64,000 nucleotides of DNA, from the NCBI GenBank assembly GCA_034530875.2, contig JAVRCJ020000031.1, positions 22,406 to 86,405 on the forward strand, given 5' to 3'. Shown one piece after another: positions 41,688 to 52,949 of this stretch (position 1 is its first letter; every line of letters begins with the position of its first letter). Both the position numbers and the translations under genes were made by a program. The notes under the pieces were generated by a model. It ran no database searches and had not been told where the DNA came from. It worked only from the letters and a program-made list of their open reading frames with translations. This DNA is from Nostoc sp. DedSLP01. Its GTDB lineage: Bacteria; Cyanobacteriota; Cyanobacteriia; Cyanobacteriales; Nostocaceae.

Positions 41688-42314
41688 CTATTTATGAATG
41701 ACTACTGGTGTTCCTACTGATGCCCATTCAAATAGCCATTTAGCATGTTTAGGTGAAAGATTTACACAACCGTGGCTTACTGGAGTGCCAAATTTCTTAT
41801 GCCAGTAAGCCCCGTGAATACCGTAGTTACCTTGGTAAAACATCGCATAAGGAACGTTGGGAACATCGTAGTTTTCCCCCCGCATTCGTGTTTTTTTGAA
41901 CTTGGATTGAATTTTGAAAGTACCAACAAGAGTAGGAGTAGATTTTTTTCCCGAAGAAATCGCACTTCCATAAACAACTTTGTCACCTTCCCAAGCTATT
42001 AATCGTTGTTTGGAAAGATTAATTTGAATCCAGCGCTTATCTGATTGTTGTAATGTCTGAATTGTTTGTGCAATGTTTTGAGTTTTAGAATTTGCCCAAA
42101 CTTCGCTCGTTCCAGTAGTAGTAAAAACACTTAAAGATAGTGCTGTACCAGCGAGGAGTATTTTTAAATTACGCACCCAGTTAGGATTGATTAGTCTTTT
42201 CATACTAGATACACTCACACTCAAATTATCTGATTTAGGAAAGTTATCAGTTTTCACCTTTGTTTCCATATCTATTACTTTAATAGACATGAATTTTTGA
42301 TGATTTGATTCCAA
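41688..42314 (-). CDS. L,D-transpeptidase (YkuD), tandem paralog
   Basis: GIHGAYWH...SHGCVNL; start codon uncertain (probably downstream of 42314). Confidence 0.9.
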   Translation of the reverse strand: MESNHQKFMSIKVIDMETKVKTDNFPKSDNLSVSVSSMKRLINPNWVRNLKILLAGTALSLSVFTTTGTSEVWANSKTQNIAQTIQTLQQSDKRWIQINLSKQRLIAWEGDKVVYGSAISSGKKSTPTLVGTFKIQSKFKKTRMRGENYDVPNVPYAMFYQGNYGIHGAYWHKKFGTPVSHGCVNLSPKHAKWLFEWASVGTPVVIHK

Positions 42315-42315
42315 C

Positions 42316-42948
42316 TTAACCTAACTGTTGCATCAGCTTTCTTGCCCCAGATGCGATCGCTTGCCAATTTCCTGCCTCTACAAGCTTTTTCGGAAATAAT
42401 TCGCTACTCAAACCTACAGCGATCGCTCCTGCTTGTAAAAATTCTTTGGCGTTTTCTACAGTAACGCCACCAGTAGGAATTAAAGGAATTTTACCAAGCG
42501 GCCCTTGTAAACTTTTAATATAATCAGTCCCTCCTAGTGCTTGTACGGGAAACACTTTTACACAATTAGCGCCTTGACTCCAGGCGGTAACAATTTCTGT
42601 AGGAGTCAGCGCACCTGGGATTATCGGCACATCTTTTGCTTGTGCTGCTTGAATCATTACCGAGTCAACATGCGGTGTAAACAAAAATTGCGCCCCAGCA
42701 GCGATCGCTTCTTCTAGCTGCTGCACGTTAAACAGGGTACCAGTGCCAACAGTACAGCCTGGTAATTGCGAACGTAGCTGACCGATTAATTCTGCGGCGC
42801 GATCGCTATTCCAGGTAATCTCAATTAGGTGCATTCCCCCAGATGCCACAGCCATCGCCATTTGCCGCCCTAATTCGATTTCAGAAGCGCGGATAACTGC
42901 GATCGCTTGATGTTTTTTTAACTGTGATAACCAAATTTGATTAGACAT
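42316..42948 (-). CDS. eda: KHG/KDPG aldolase
   Basis: AVIR, IEITW, GTGT, PGALTPTE, VKVFP, IPTGGV. Confidence 0.92.
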   Translation of the reverse strand: MSNQIWLSQLKKHQAIAVIRASEIELGRQMAMAVASGGMHLIEITWNSDRAAELIGQLRSQLPGCTVGTGTLFNVQQLEEAIAAGAQFLFTPHVDSVMIQAAQAKDVPIIPGALTPTEIVTAWSQGANCVKVFPVQALGGTDYIKSLQGPLGKIPLIPTGGVTVENAKEFLQAGAIAVGLSSELFPKKLVEAGNWQAIASGARKLMQQLG

Positions 42949-43215
42949 AGAGCGTGGGACATTGGGAGCTAGGAATTTGGCACTACAAACTCAGTTTACT
43001 AATACCTAATTTCCAATACTAATACCTAATGCCTAATGTCTAATGCCCATCTGATTCTCTTATCCCGTAACTTTAGGAGTAAGTCGGCAAGAGTATATCT
43101 GTTAGCAAAAAGCTACAAAACTTCAAATACAAATGGCCATCACAAATGACTCTTCTAGTAGAGGAGATAGCTAAAACAAATTGCATATACTGCAATTACC
43201 AAGCAATAGTTTGAT

Positions 43216-43252
43216 AGCTCCTAGATTAAAGACCAACTAGGAGCTTTTTTTT
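43216..43252 (+). terminator. Orphan intrinsic terminator
   Basis: agctcctag...ctaggagct followed by a T run; no upstream + strand ORF in the track. Confidence 0.6.
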
Positions 43253-43411
43253 ACGATTATCTATCTCAACAGGAAGATATATTAAAGAAAATACTACTAA
43301 TTTAACTACTCCTTATGATTATAAATAATTAATTCTGATGATGGAGGGGATAATAAGATTAATATTGCTAATATTTTATTGTCAGTAAAAACCTTTACCA
43401 AACTAATAACT

Positions 43412-43684
43412 ATGAATATTCTTGCTTGGGTTATTTTAGGTCTAATTGCTGGTGCGATCGCCAAAGCTATCTACCCCGGTCACCAAGGTGGCGGAATTCT
43501 CGGCACAATTATCTTAGGAATTATCGGTGCTTTTGTTGGTGGTAGCTTGGGTATCTTGTTAAGTACAGGAAAGTTGGTTCTAGCAGCTCCTAGTCTCAGC
43601 GTTCCAGGTATCGTAGTAGCAGTATTGGGCGCACTTATAGCTGTCTTCTTGTGGAACTTATTCACCCGTCGTGGTGCTGTATAG
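43412..43684 (+). CDS. GlsB/YeaQ/YmgE family stress membrane protein
   Basis: MNILAWVILGLIAGAIAK...IILGIIGAFVGG. Confidence 0.9.
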   Translation: MNILAWVILGLIAGAIAKAIYPGHQGGGILGTIILGIIGAFVGGSLGILLSTGKLVLAAPSLSVPGIVVAVLGALIAVFLWNLFTRRGAV

Positions 43685-43757
43685 CTACAATGCGGTTAAT
43701 AAACCAAGAAGATTTAGGAAATTTGTTTAACAATTTTATTTGTGAATTAAATCAATC

Positions 43758-43801
43758 AAAAGAATAGTGTCATCGTCAGAAGACGGTGACACTATTCTTT
43801 T
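43758..43801. terminator. Intrinsic terminator
   Basis: aaaagaatagtgtcatcgtc-agaa-gacggtgacactattctttt. Confidence 0.8.
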
Positions 43802-44017
43802 ATTAGTCTTAATTAAAAGAATAATTCGTTGAATTTGGTTTAAATATTTAGGTATACGGTGAATTTTTACCATATTCTCTCCATATCGTTGCCTTAAAAA
43901 CAGATTTTTATTGACAAGTTTGATTAAAAAATTTTAAGACTTCAAATATTACTGTTTTTAGTGGGAAGACTAACTTGAGTAGAAATGCAGCCTACTACAC
44001 CACTAAAGGAGTTATAT

Positions 44018-45700
44018 ATGAGCGCAGTTAAACTTCAGGCTAATGATTATTCTATCTCTGAAGTATTTAGCAACGAATTTATCTTCACTATTCCTCTATA
44101 TCAGCGTCCCTATGCTTGGACAACCGAGCAAGCTGGAGAAATGCTGGAAGATTTAATTGCTGCATTGGGAGACGGAAATGATAAGATTGATGAGATAAAT
44201 CCGTATTTTTTAGGAAATATTGTACTTATAAAAGGAGATAAACCAGATGCCCAAGTAATTGATGGTCAACAACGTTTAACAACATTAACTATACTACTAG
44301 CTACTCTACGGGCATTACTACCTGATGAAATTGCAAATGAATTGACCACTTATCTATATCAGAAAGGTAAATTAGTAGACAGAACTCCAAATGTTTATCG
44401 TTTAACTTTGCGTGAGCGTGATGCACAGTTTTTTCAGGACTACATTCAAAATGAAAATGGTATTAATACACTACAAAAATTAAGCTCTGCTAAACTTTCA
44501 GATAGTTGTATAAATATTAAAGACAACACATTAATTTTTTTAAATCGTTTGCAGAAGTTCACTAAAGAACAACTTCTCTATTTTGCCCAATTTATCTTAA
44601 CCCGATGTTTTATAGTAATAGTTTCTACTCCAGATATTGATTCTGCATATCGCATATTTTCTGTAATCAATAATCGAGGAATGGATTTAACTCATTCTGA
44701 TATTTTAAAAGCAGAAATTCTCGGAAAAATAGACAAAAACCACCAGGATAAATATAATGAAAAATGGGAAGAAATAGAAGAAAAGTTAGGACGTGAGATA
44801 TTCAAGAGCTTATTTTCTCACATTAGAATGATTTATGCAAAATCTAAACCTGTTGAAAGTATACTTAAAGAGTTTTTGAAATATGTTAAACCAACTGAGA
44901 CTCCTCAAAAGTTTATTGATGAGAAACTAATTCCTTTTGCAGAGGCTTTTTATGAAATTAACAATCTAGCTTATTCTAGCGATAGATTAGCAAATGAAGT
45001 AAATCAAACCTTTAAATGGTTAAATTCGATTGATAATTCTGACTGGATACCTCCAGCTATTTTGTATCTTTCTCGAAATTATAGTAATCCCGAACTTTTA
45101 GTCAGGTTTTTCAAAGATTTAGATAGGCTTGCTTCAGGTTTAATGATTCAACGAGCTAATATCAACGAACGGGTAGAACGTTATAGTAAGTTACTTCACG
45201 CTATTGAAGATGGAGAAGATTTATACGCACCTAATTCACCGCTACAGCTAAAACCAAAAGAGCAAGAATATATTGTCACAATTCTCAATGATGACCTTTA
45301 TTTAATTAGAAAAATTAGGCTTTATGTTTTAATTCGCTTAGATGCTGCCCTCTCAGATGGAATAGCTGCTAGCTTCTCTAACATTACTGTCGAGCATGTA
45401 TTACCGCAAAATCCAGCTTCTAAGAGTGCCTGGTTAAATTGGTTTCCTACTCCAGAAGAACAGAATAAATATGTGCATCGTATAGGGAATTTAGTTTTGC
45501 TTTCTTCTTACAAAAATAGTGAAGCCCAGAACTACGAATTTGAAAAGAAAAAACAGAAGTATTTCACAACTAAATCGGGCATTTGTAATTTTGCACTAAC
45601 TACGCAAGTATTGATGGAAAAAGAATGGACGCCTGAAGTTATCGATCAGCGCCAAAAACAGCTAATTGATAAACTCAAAGAAGTTTGGCGTTTAAATTAG
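44018..45700 (+). CDS. DUF262-DUF1524 (GmrSD-like type IV, modification-dependent) nuclease
   Basis: IPLYQRPYAW, IDGQQR, FSVINNRG (DUF262); TVEHVLPQ, IGNLVLL..N (HNH-like DUF1524); RBS aaggag before ATG 44018. Confidence 0.9.
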   Translation: MSAVKLQANDYSISEVFSNEFIFTIPLYQRPYAWTTEQAGEMLEDLIAALGDGNDKIDEINPYFLGNIVLIKGDKPDAQVIDGQQRLTTLTILLATLRALLPDEIANELTTYLYQKGKLVDRTPNVYRLTLRERDAQFFQDYIQNENGINTLQKLSSAKLSDSCINIKDNTLIFLNRLQKFTKEQLLYFAQFILTRCFIVIVSTPDIDSAYRIFSVINNRGMDLTHSDILKAEILGKIDKNHQDKYNEKWEEIEEKLGREIFKSLFSHIRMIYAKSKPVESILKEFLKYVKPTETPQKFIDEKLIPFAEAFYEINNLAYSSDRLANEVNQTFKWLNSIDNSDWIPPAILYLSRNYSNPELLVRFFKDLDRLASGLMIQRANINERVERYSKLLHAIEDGEDLYAPNSPLQLKPKEQEYIVTILNDDLYLIRKIRLYVLIRLDAALSDGIAASFSNITVEHVLPQNPASKSAWLNWFPTPEEQNKYVHRIGNLVLLSSYKNSEAQNYEFEKKKQKYFTTKSGICNFALTTQVLMEKEWTPEVIDQRQKQLIDKLKEVWRLN

Positions 45701-45909
45701 TACGTTGAATGTGGCTAGACGCGTAGCGGTCAGGAAATCACAGCTTTTCTTACAAGACCCTACGCGATCGCGTAGCACCTTTATAAGTATAAATACACTC
45801 AAACACAGAACTTTCATGAAATTTCCAAGAAGTTGGATTTGTACTCACACACAATTCGCTGATGTTCCGCTAAGCTATAGCTCTATGGTTATGATTTATT
45901 GAACGTGTT

Positions 45910-46740
45910 ATGCATTGGTTGTTATCTGGGCCGTTGAGTACAGAGAAATTGACGGTTAAGATTGCAGGATTGCCTGCACCGTTACAAGGCAAGAAGTTGG
46001 TGCAGTTGTCAGATTTTCATTATGATGGTTTGCGGTTGTCGGAAGATATGCTTTCAAAAGCGATCGCAACTAGCAACGAAGCTGAACCAGACTTAGTTTT
46101 ATTGACAGGCGACTTCGTAACTGAAGACCCCGAACCAGTTTACCAATTAATACTTCAACTCAAACATCTGCAAAGTAGCTCTGGTATTTATGCTATTCTT
46201 GGCAACCATGACATACTTCATAAAGATGCAAAAACAGAAGTCACCAAGGCGTTAACTAGCATTGGAATTCACGTCCTATGGAACGAAATTGCCTATCCAC
46301 TGGGAGAAGAATTACCAATTGTGGGGCTGGCTGACGCTTGGTCGCGGGAATTTAATCCTGAGTTAGTTATGAACCAGTTAAACCCGAACACGCCCCGCAT
46401 TGTTTTATCTCATAATCCCGATACTGCCGAGATATTACAAGCCTGGCGAGTCGATTTACAACTATCTGGTCATACTCACGGCGGCCAAATCTGGATTCCC
46501 GGACTTGGCCCGGCACCGGTGGTTTACAACAAAATTGCCAAAAAGTTACCCGCCAAAGTACGACGTCGGGCGCGATATTTGGAAGAAAATACTTCTGTAG
46601 TCAAGCATTGGGAATGGGCGCGGGGTTTCCATCGCTTAGGAAAAAATCAGCTATATGTCAATCGTGGCTTGGGAACCTACCTCCCAGGACGCTTATTTTG
46701 CCGCCCAGAAGTTACTATAATCACCCTACAAGGTGAGTGA
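45910..46740 (+). CDS. Metallophosphoesterase (YkuE/YaeI-like)
   Basis: SDFH, GDFV, GNHD, SHNPD, GHTHGG, NRGLG. Confidence 0.92.
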   Translation: MHWLLSGPLSTEKLTVKIAGLPAPLQGKKLVQLSDFHYDGLRLSEDMLSKAIATSNEAEPDLVLLTGDFVTEDPEPVYQLILQLKHLQSSSGIYAILGNHDILHKDAKTEVTKALTSIGIHVLWNEIAYPLGEELPIVGLADAWSREFNPELVMNQLNPNTPRIVLSHNPDTAEILQAWRVDLQLSGHTHGGQIWIPGLGPAPVVYNKIAKKLPAKVRRRARYLEENTSVVKHWEWARGFHRLGKNQLYVNRGLGTYLPGRLFCRPEVTIITLQGE

Positions 46741-46958
46741 GTAATTTCCTATCCAACATGACACAACCCTATTACGGCAGGTGTTGCGGCTCAAGATTGC
46801 TTACAAATTCAAGCAAGACTGGCTTAGTTTAGTCTGAAAATTGCAAATAATTAGTCGATTATATTGCGAGTAAGTGACATAAATTATTGCAATTTATCAA
46901 GTTGCATTTTGATTTTTGGTAAGCTGTAAGCGCTGGTATGAGGAGTATCGGGTGCCTT

Positions 46959-47792
46959 ATGCATTGGTTGTTTACGGGACATTTAAGAGTAGATGAAGTA
47001 ACGGTTAAGATTGCAGAACTTCCGGCATCTTTACAAGGTACAAAGTTAGTGCAGTTGTCAGATTTTCACTATGATGGTTTGCGGCTATCGGAAGATTTGT
47101 TAGCAGAAGCGATCGCAGTTACTAATGAAGCTGAACCAGATTTAATTGTGTTAACTGGTGACTATGTAACTGATGACCCAACACCGATTCATGAATTGGC
47201 GTTGCGATTAAAACATCTACAAAGTCGTTGCGGGATTTACGCCGTCCTGGGTAATCACGATATCTATTACAGCCATTCCCAAGCAGAAGTTACAAAAGCG
47301 TTAAATAGCATTGGGGTGCATGTACTTTGGAATGAAATTGCCTATCCACTAGGAAAGGAATTACCACTAGTAGGACTAGCCGATTATTGGTCAAGGGAAT
47401 TTCAGCCCGCAGTAGTCATGAATCAATTAGATTCTGTTACACCCCGCATCGTTTTATCCCATAACCCAGATACAGCAAAGATATTGCAACAATGGCGCGT
47501 AGATTTGCAATTATCTGGTCATACCCACGGCGGTCACATCGTCATTCCGGGTATCGGCCCTCTGGTTTTTTATTATAAAAAGCTTCTCAAAAAAATTCCC
47601 AAAAAACTGCGGCGTTGGCTAACACTTTTACTAGGAGACTGTTCCAAAGTGGTGCGATATTGGGAATGGGCGCAAGGATTTCACAATGTGGAAGAAAATC
47701 AATTATATGTCAATCGTGGTTTAGGAACTTATAAACCAGGACGTTTATTTTGTCCGCCAGAAGTTACTGTTATTACGTTAATTAGGCATTAA
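46959..47792 (+). CDS. Metallophosphoesterase, tandem paralog
   Basis: Same motifs; long identical stretches shared with 45910-46740. Confidence 0.92.
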   Translation: MHWLFTGHLRVDEVTVKIAELPASLQGTKLVQLSDFHYDGLRLSEDLLAEAIAVTNEAEPDLIVLTGDYVTDDPTPIHELALRLKHLQSRCGIYAVLGNHDIYYSHSQAEVTKALNSIGVHVLWNEIAYPLGKELPLVGLADYWSREFQPAVVMNQLDSVTPRIVLSHNPDTAKILQQWRVDLQLSGHTHGGHIVIPGIGPLVFYYKKLLKKIPKKLRRWLTLLLGDCSKVVRYWEWAQGFHNVEENQLYVNRGLGTYKPGRLFCPPEVTVITLIRH

Positions 47793-48436
47793 AAAGAATT
47801 CAGAATTGCTCGGCAGCTTAGTATGTTTAGTATACTCATTCATCTAATATTCTCATGGCTTTTTAATTATTCTGACTCCTGAGTTGTGACTCCTGAATTC
47901 TGTTCCCAAAATTGAAACCGCCGGAAGCTACGATGGATAGAATCGGCAGCTTGGGCGGTTTCTTCAAGATTGGATGATTCAGAGCTAACTAACTTTAACT
48001 AAGGTGGACACTATTGGCGATCGGCTTACTAGAGACTTGGACATCCTTATACATTTCCAACTAGGCAGGCATTTTCTGGCTGTGCGTTCTAAAACCTCCA
48101 CAATAAACTTGATGAACACAAGGCTAAAACACATTTAATGGATGCCACAACCTAAGAGCGATCGCTTGAAATTAGAGCAGGAGGTACAGGCTCTAACTTA
48201 AAAGTTTGACTTAACTTTTAACCTTTTTGTACCTTGCTCTTAATCTAGCACCATGTTTGTTTAGTTACCATATCAGTTTACTAAACTTGAGTAGCATTAA
48301 TTTATCGCAATAATTTTGAAATATTCCTTAAAAATTAGCCCACTTGTTGTATCTTGGCGTGGATACCAGGATTGTCAAGTGGACTAAAAACACTAAGGTT
48401 CAGTTAATCATGGGAAGAAAAAGTCTTATGCCAAGG

Positions 48437-49186
48437 CTATTGACTAGAACTGTCTGTAGTACGGCCTCCAGCTTTAGAAGAATCGCTATTAGATGTAGTG
48501 TTTGACTGGTCTGCCCCTTGAGGAGTAGTTTTGGAGGTATCGCTTTCACTACCCGGAGTTACAGGTTCGGTAGAACTATTTTTCTGGGAAGTAGGAGTAT
48601 TAGTGCTTGGGCTAGTGGTTTGACCTTGTGTCTTATTAGGTGCTGGCTGGGTTACAGAAGGCGCTATTTCTATCCGAGGTTGCTGGGGTGGAACGGTGAT
48701 ATTAATATTAGGTTGACGTGGTGCAGATGAAGGTACAACCTGTTGGGGAACAGGAACAGGAACAGCTACTTCCTTAGTTCTTTCGATGATTGTGGTTTGT
48801 GGTTGAGGAGGTTCAGTAGGGGTTGCGCTGCTATTACTCGGTGTAGGGGTTGTGACAGGCGCACTATTTTCAACCGCTGCGTTATTAACTTGGTTAAAGT
48901 ACCAAACCCCACCAATAATTAGACCAGCTAAGGATGTAATGATGATACCCATCAGCAAACCATTACTAGTATTAGCATCATCACGTTCTGCTAAATTTGC
49001 TTGTTGGTATCTAAGCTCAGAATTTCGACCTTGCACGTAACCTTTTTGGTAAGAGCTGGGATTAGCTGCGTTGTTGAGTGTTTCAGCAGTTCGTGTTACG
49101 TGGGTGTGGGTATTACCATTAATATCGGTGTAAGACTCTTGCCTTACTTCACTATTTTTGATTTCGCGTTCGTTAGGAATAGACAT
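48437..49186 (-). CDS. Single-pass membrane protein with P/T/S-rich disordered tail
   Basis: TM segment LLMGIIITSLAGLIIGGVWYF; low-complexity C-terminus. Confidence 0.7.
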   Translation of the reverse strand: MSIPNEREIKNSEVRQESYTDINGNTHTHVTRTAETLNNAANPSSYQKGYVQGRNSELRYQQANLAERDDANTSNGLLMGIIITSLAGLIIGGVWYFNQVNNAAVENSAPVTTPTPSNSSATPTEPPQPQTTIIERTKEVAVPVPVPQQVVPSSAPRQPNINITVPPQQPRIEIAPSVTQPAPNKTQGQTTSPSTNTPTSQKNSSTEPVTPGSESDTSKTTPQGADQSNTTSNSDSSKAGGRTTDSSSQ

Positions 49187-49506
49187 AGCTTTTGATTAAC
49201 TCCTCAAAGACAATATTTAGAAACTAAAGCTTTGTAAAAAAAAGAGGTTTTAATACTGTGACAAATGTATTTATGTTGCTGATAAAATTGAGTTTTATTT
49301 GCAACTCAATTGTTGGTAATTATCAGAATAACCTCTGTAATTAAATAAGTGGCTCTATCTCTAGTGAGTTAATACTTCATCAAAAGAAAGAATATTCTCC
49401 AGACGGATATTATTATGCTAGAAGATGATAAATAGCTCGAAATTGAGTAATTTTATGAAATCATTTCAATTTTTAATTTGCCGTTAGACATCGCAGCGCG
49501 AAATAT

Positions 49507-49597
49507 TAGACTTCTTGCATAAATCTTTTTTTATCTCACGCAAAGGCGCAAAGACGCAAAGAAAGGCGCAAGAATTAGGGCTTTTGCAAGAGGTCTA
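49507..49597. mobile_element. MITE-like element with tagacttcttgca / tgcaagaggtcta termini
   Basis: 13-bp imperfect TIRs enclosing cgcaaag repeats; a similar end (tgcaagaagtcta) lies at about 54350. Confidence 0.6.
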
Positions 49598-49785
49598 TTG
49601 ATTGTTATGTCTCGGCTACCACTAACTAGGGTTTTACCATCTGGACTAAAATCAACAGAGTTAACCCAATCTGAATGGTTATTTAAAGTATAAAGATTTT
49701 CTCCAATGTTAATGTTCCAGAGTTTCACTGTACAATCTGCACTACCACTAGCAAGATGCTGGCCATCAGGATGAAAAGCGATCGC
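49598..49785 (-). pseudogene. WD40-repeat gene remnant
   Basis: [24 protein letters not shown]...[26 protein letters not shown]; in-frame TGA directly upstream, cut by the MITE downstream. Confidence 0.8.
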
Positions 49786-49884
49786 TCATACCAAGAAATC
49801 AGCACCAAATCCCACTCTACATAGTATTCCCAAGCTAAGTATTAACTAACTCCAGGTATGGGGTCGCTATTTGAATTGCTAATC

Positions 49885-51634
<1,750 letters not shown>

Positions 51635-51653
51635 TCCAAACGTGGTATTTTTT

Positions 51654-52014
51654 GGGGCTGTAGCTCAGTTGGATAGAGCGAGCGCCTCCTGAATAATCGG
51701 GCACCATAAGGGAAACCTTGTGAGTGAATGTGGTTGAATTCGGTGAACCCTAAAGAGTGAAAATTTCCTTCTTTTAATATGCTTTTTGCAATGGTCAAAA
51801 TCAGCGCAAAAGCAGTTTTTAGAAAGTTAAATGAATTGTATATTGACACTTTACGGGAATACCGAGCCAAGCTTGATTAGATTCAAGAAGGTGTAGAGAC
51901 TAGGTAGCCACCACCTAAAGGCTTTGAGTCTATGGTGAAGGTATAGTCCAGAGAGTGGGGAAACTCACACAAATCTGAAGCGCTAGGTCGTGCGTTCAAG
52001 TCGCACCAGTCCCG
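51654..52014 (+). tRNA. tRNA-Arg(CCU), split by an intron (exon 1 51654-51690, exon 2 51978-52014)
   Basis: Spliced: GGGGCTG TA GCTC AGTTGGATA GAGC G AGCGC CT CCT^AA GCGCT AGGTC GTGCG TTCAAGT CGCAC CAGTCCC G; all stems pair. Confidence 0.95.
51691..51977 (+). ncRNA. Group I self-splicing intron (IC3-like), 287 nt
   Basis: U before the 5' splice site, terminal G; P1 CCUGA-AUAA-UCGGG with U.G wobble; P2 with GAAA loop; P3 GUGGUU/AGCCAC; core AAUUCGGUGAA, AAUACCGAGC, GUAGAGACUA, AAGGUAUAGUCC; P9 GUGGG-GAAA-CUCAC. Confidence 0.93.
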
Positions 52015-52193
52015 TTAAAATAATTCGTAATTCGTAATTAACGATTTAAGCTATGTTATGCCAAGCGACGCTTGACTTTTAAGACTGTCGCTACAAGATA
52101 AGCAAAAGCGGCGTTTACACCACGAGATTAGACATCGCTAAAATCTCCTAAATAATATTAAAATAGACAGCAAAATAACAGTCATTATCAACA

Positions 52194-52490
52194 ATGTCAA
52201 CTACTAGTATTGATATTGGCACTCTCATTACCCGCCACCCTGAAATTCATGGGGGCTGTTCGATTATTGCTGGAACTGGCGTTACAGTACGACGAATTGC
52301 CATCTGGTATCAGCAAGGTTTGAGAGCAGAAGAAATTGCTGCACGAATTGGGCATTTAAGCATTGCACAAGTTTATGCGGCATTAACTTACTATCATATA
52401 AATCGAGAAGAAATTGATAATGAGATTGCACAAGAAGAAGCAGAAGCTAACCGGATAGAATCATTACATAAAGCAAGCAGACAGTTGTGA
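52194..52490 (+). CDS. DUF433 antitoxin-like protein
   Basis: PEIHGG..IIAGTGVTV...LSIAQVYAALTYY. Confidence 0.88.
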   Translation: MSTTSIDIGTLITRHPEIHGGCSIIAGTGVTVRRIAIWYQQGLRAEEIAARIGHLSIAQVYAALTYYHINREEIDNEIAQEEAEANRIESLHKASRQL

Positions 52491-52855
52491 GTCAAATTCG
52501 TTTATATATCGATGAGGATTCTAGTGATACTGCATTGGTGTTAGCTTTGCAAAATCGGGGTGTAGATGTTATCACGGCTTTAAGTGTAAACAGATTGAGC
52601 TTTCCTGATGAAGAACAATTAATCTGGGCAAGGTCGCAAGGTCGCGTTTTGTATAGTTCTAACATTCGAGATTTTTATAGTTTACACACAGCTTTTTTGA
52701 CTCAAGAACAATCTCACTCAGGATTGATTTTAGTACAGTAGCAACTATACTCAATCGGAGAACTGATGCGTGGTATTTTGAGATTAATTGCCGCTAAATC
52801 AGCAGAACAAATGGAAAATCAAGTAGAGTTTCTTCGGACTTGGATACAGGAATAA
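52487..52855 (+). pseudogene. DUF5615 PIN-like toxin with an in-frame TAG at 52739-52741
   Basis: RLYIDED...DEEQL...DF...HSGLILVQ* continues in frame as QLYSIGELMRGILRLIAAKSAEQMENQVEFLRTWIQE* to 52855. Confidence 0.75.
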
Positions 52856-52949
52856 ATGTAATATCATAGCTAATTATTCACAATCTCTACATCCTTTGAA
52901 TAGTCAGCGCGATCGCACTTTGAAATTCTGACTCCTGAATTCTGCCGGA

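Noticed and set aside
40715..47792. Tandem paralogs (two L,D-transpeptidases, two metallophosphoesterases) as a novel system
   Set aside because: Ordinary local duplications with intact standard motifs; nothing links them functionally
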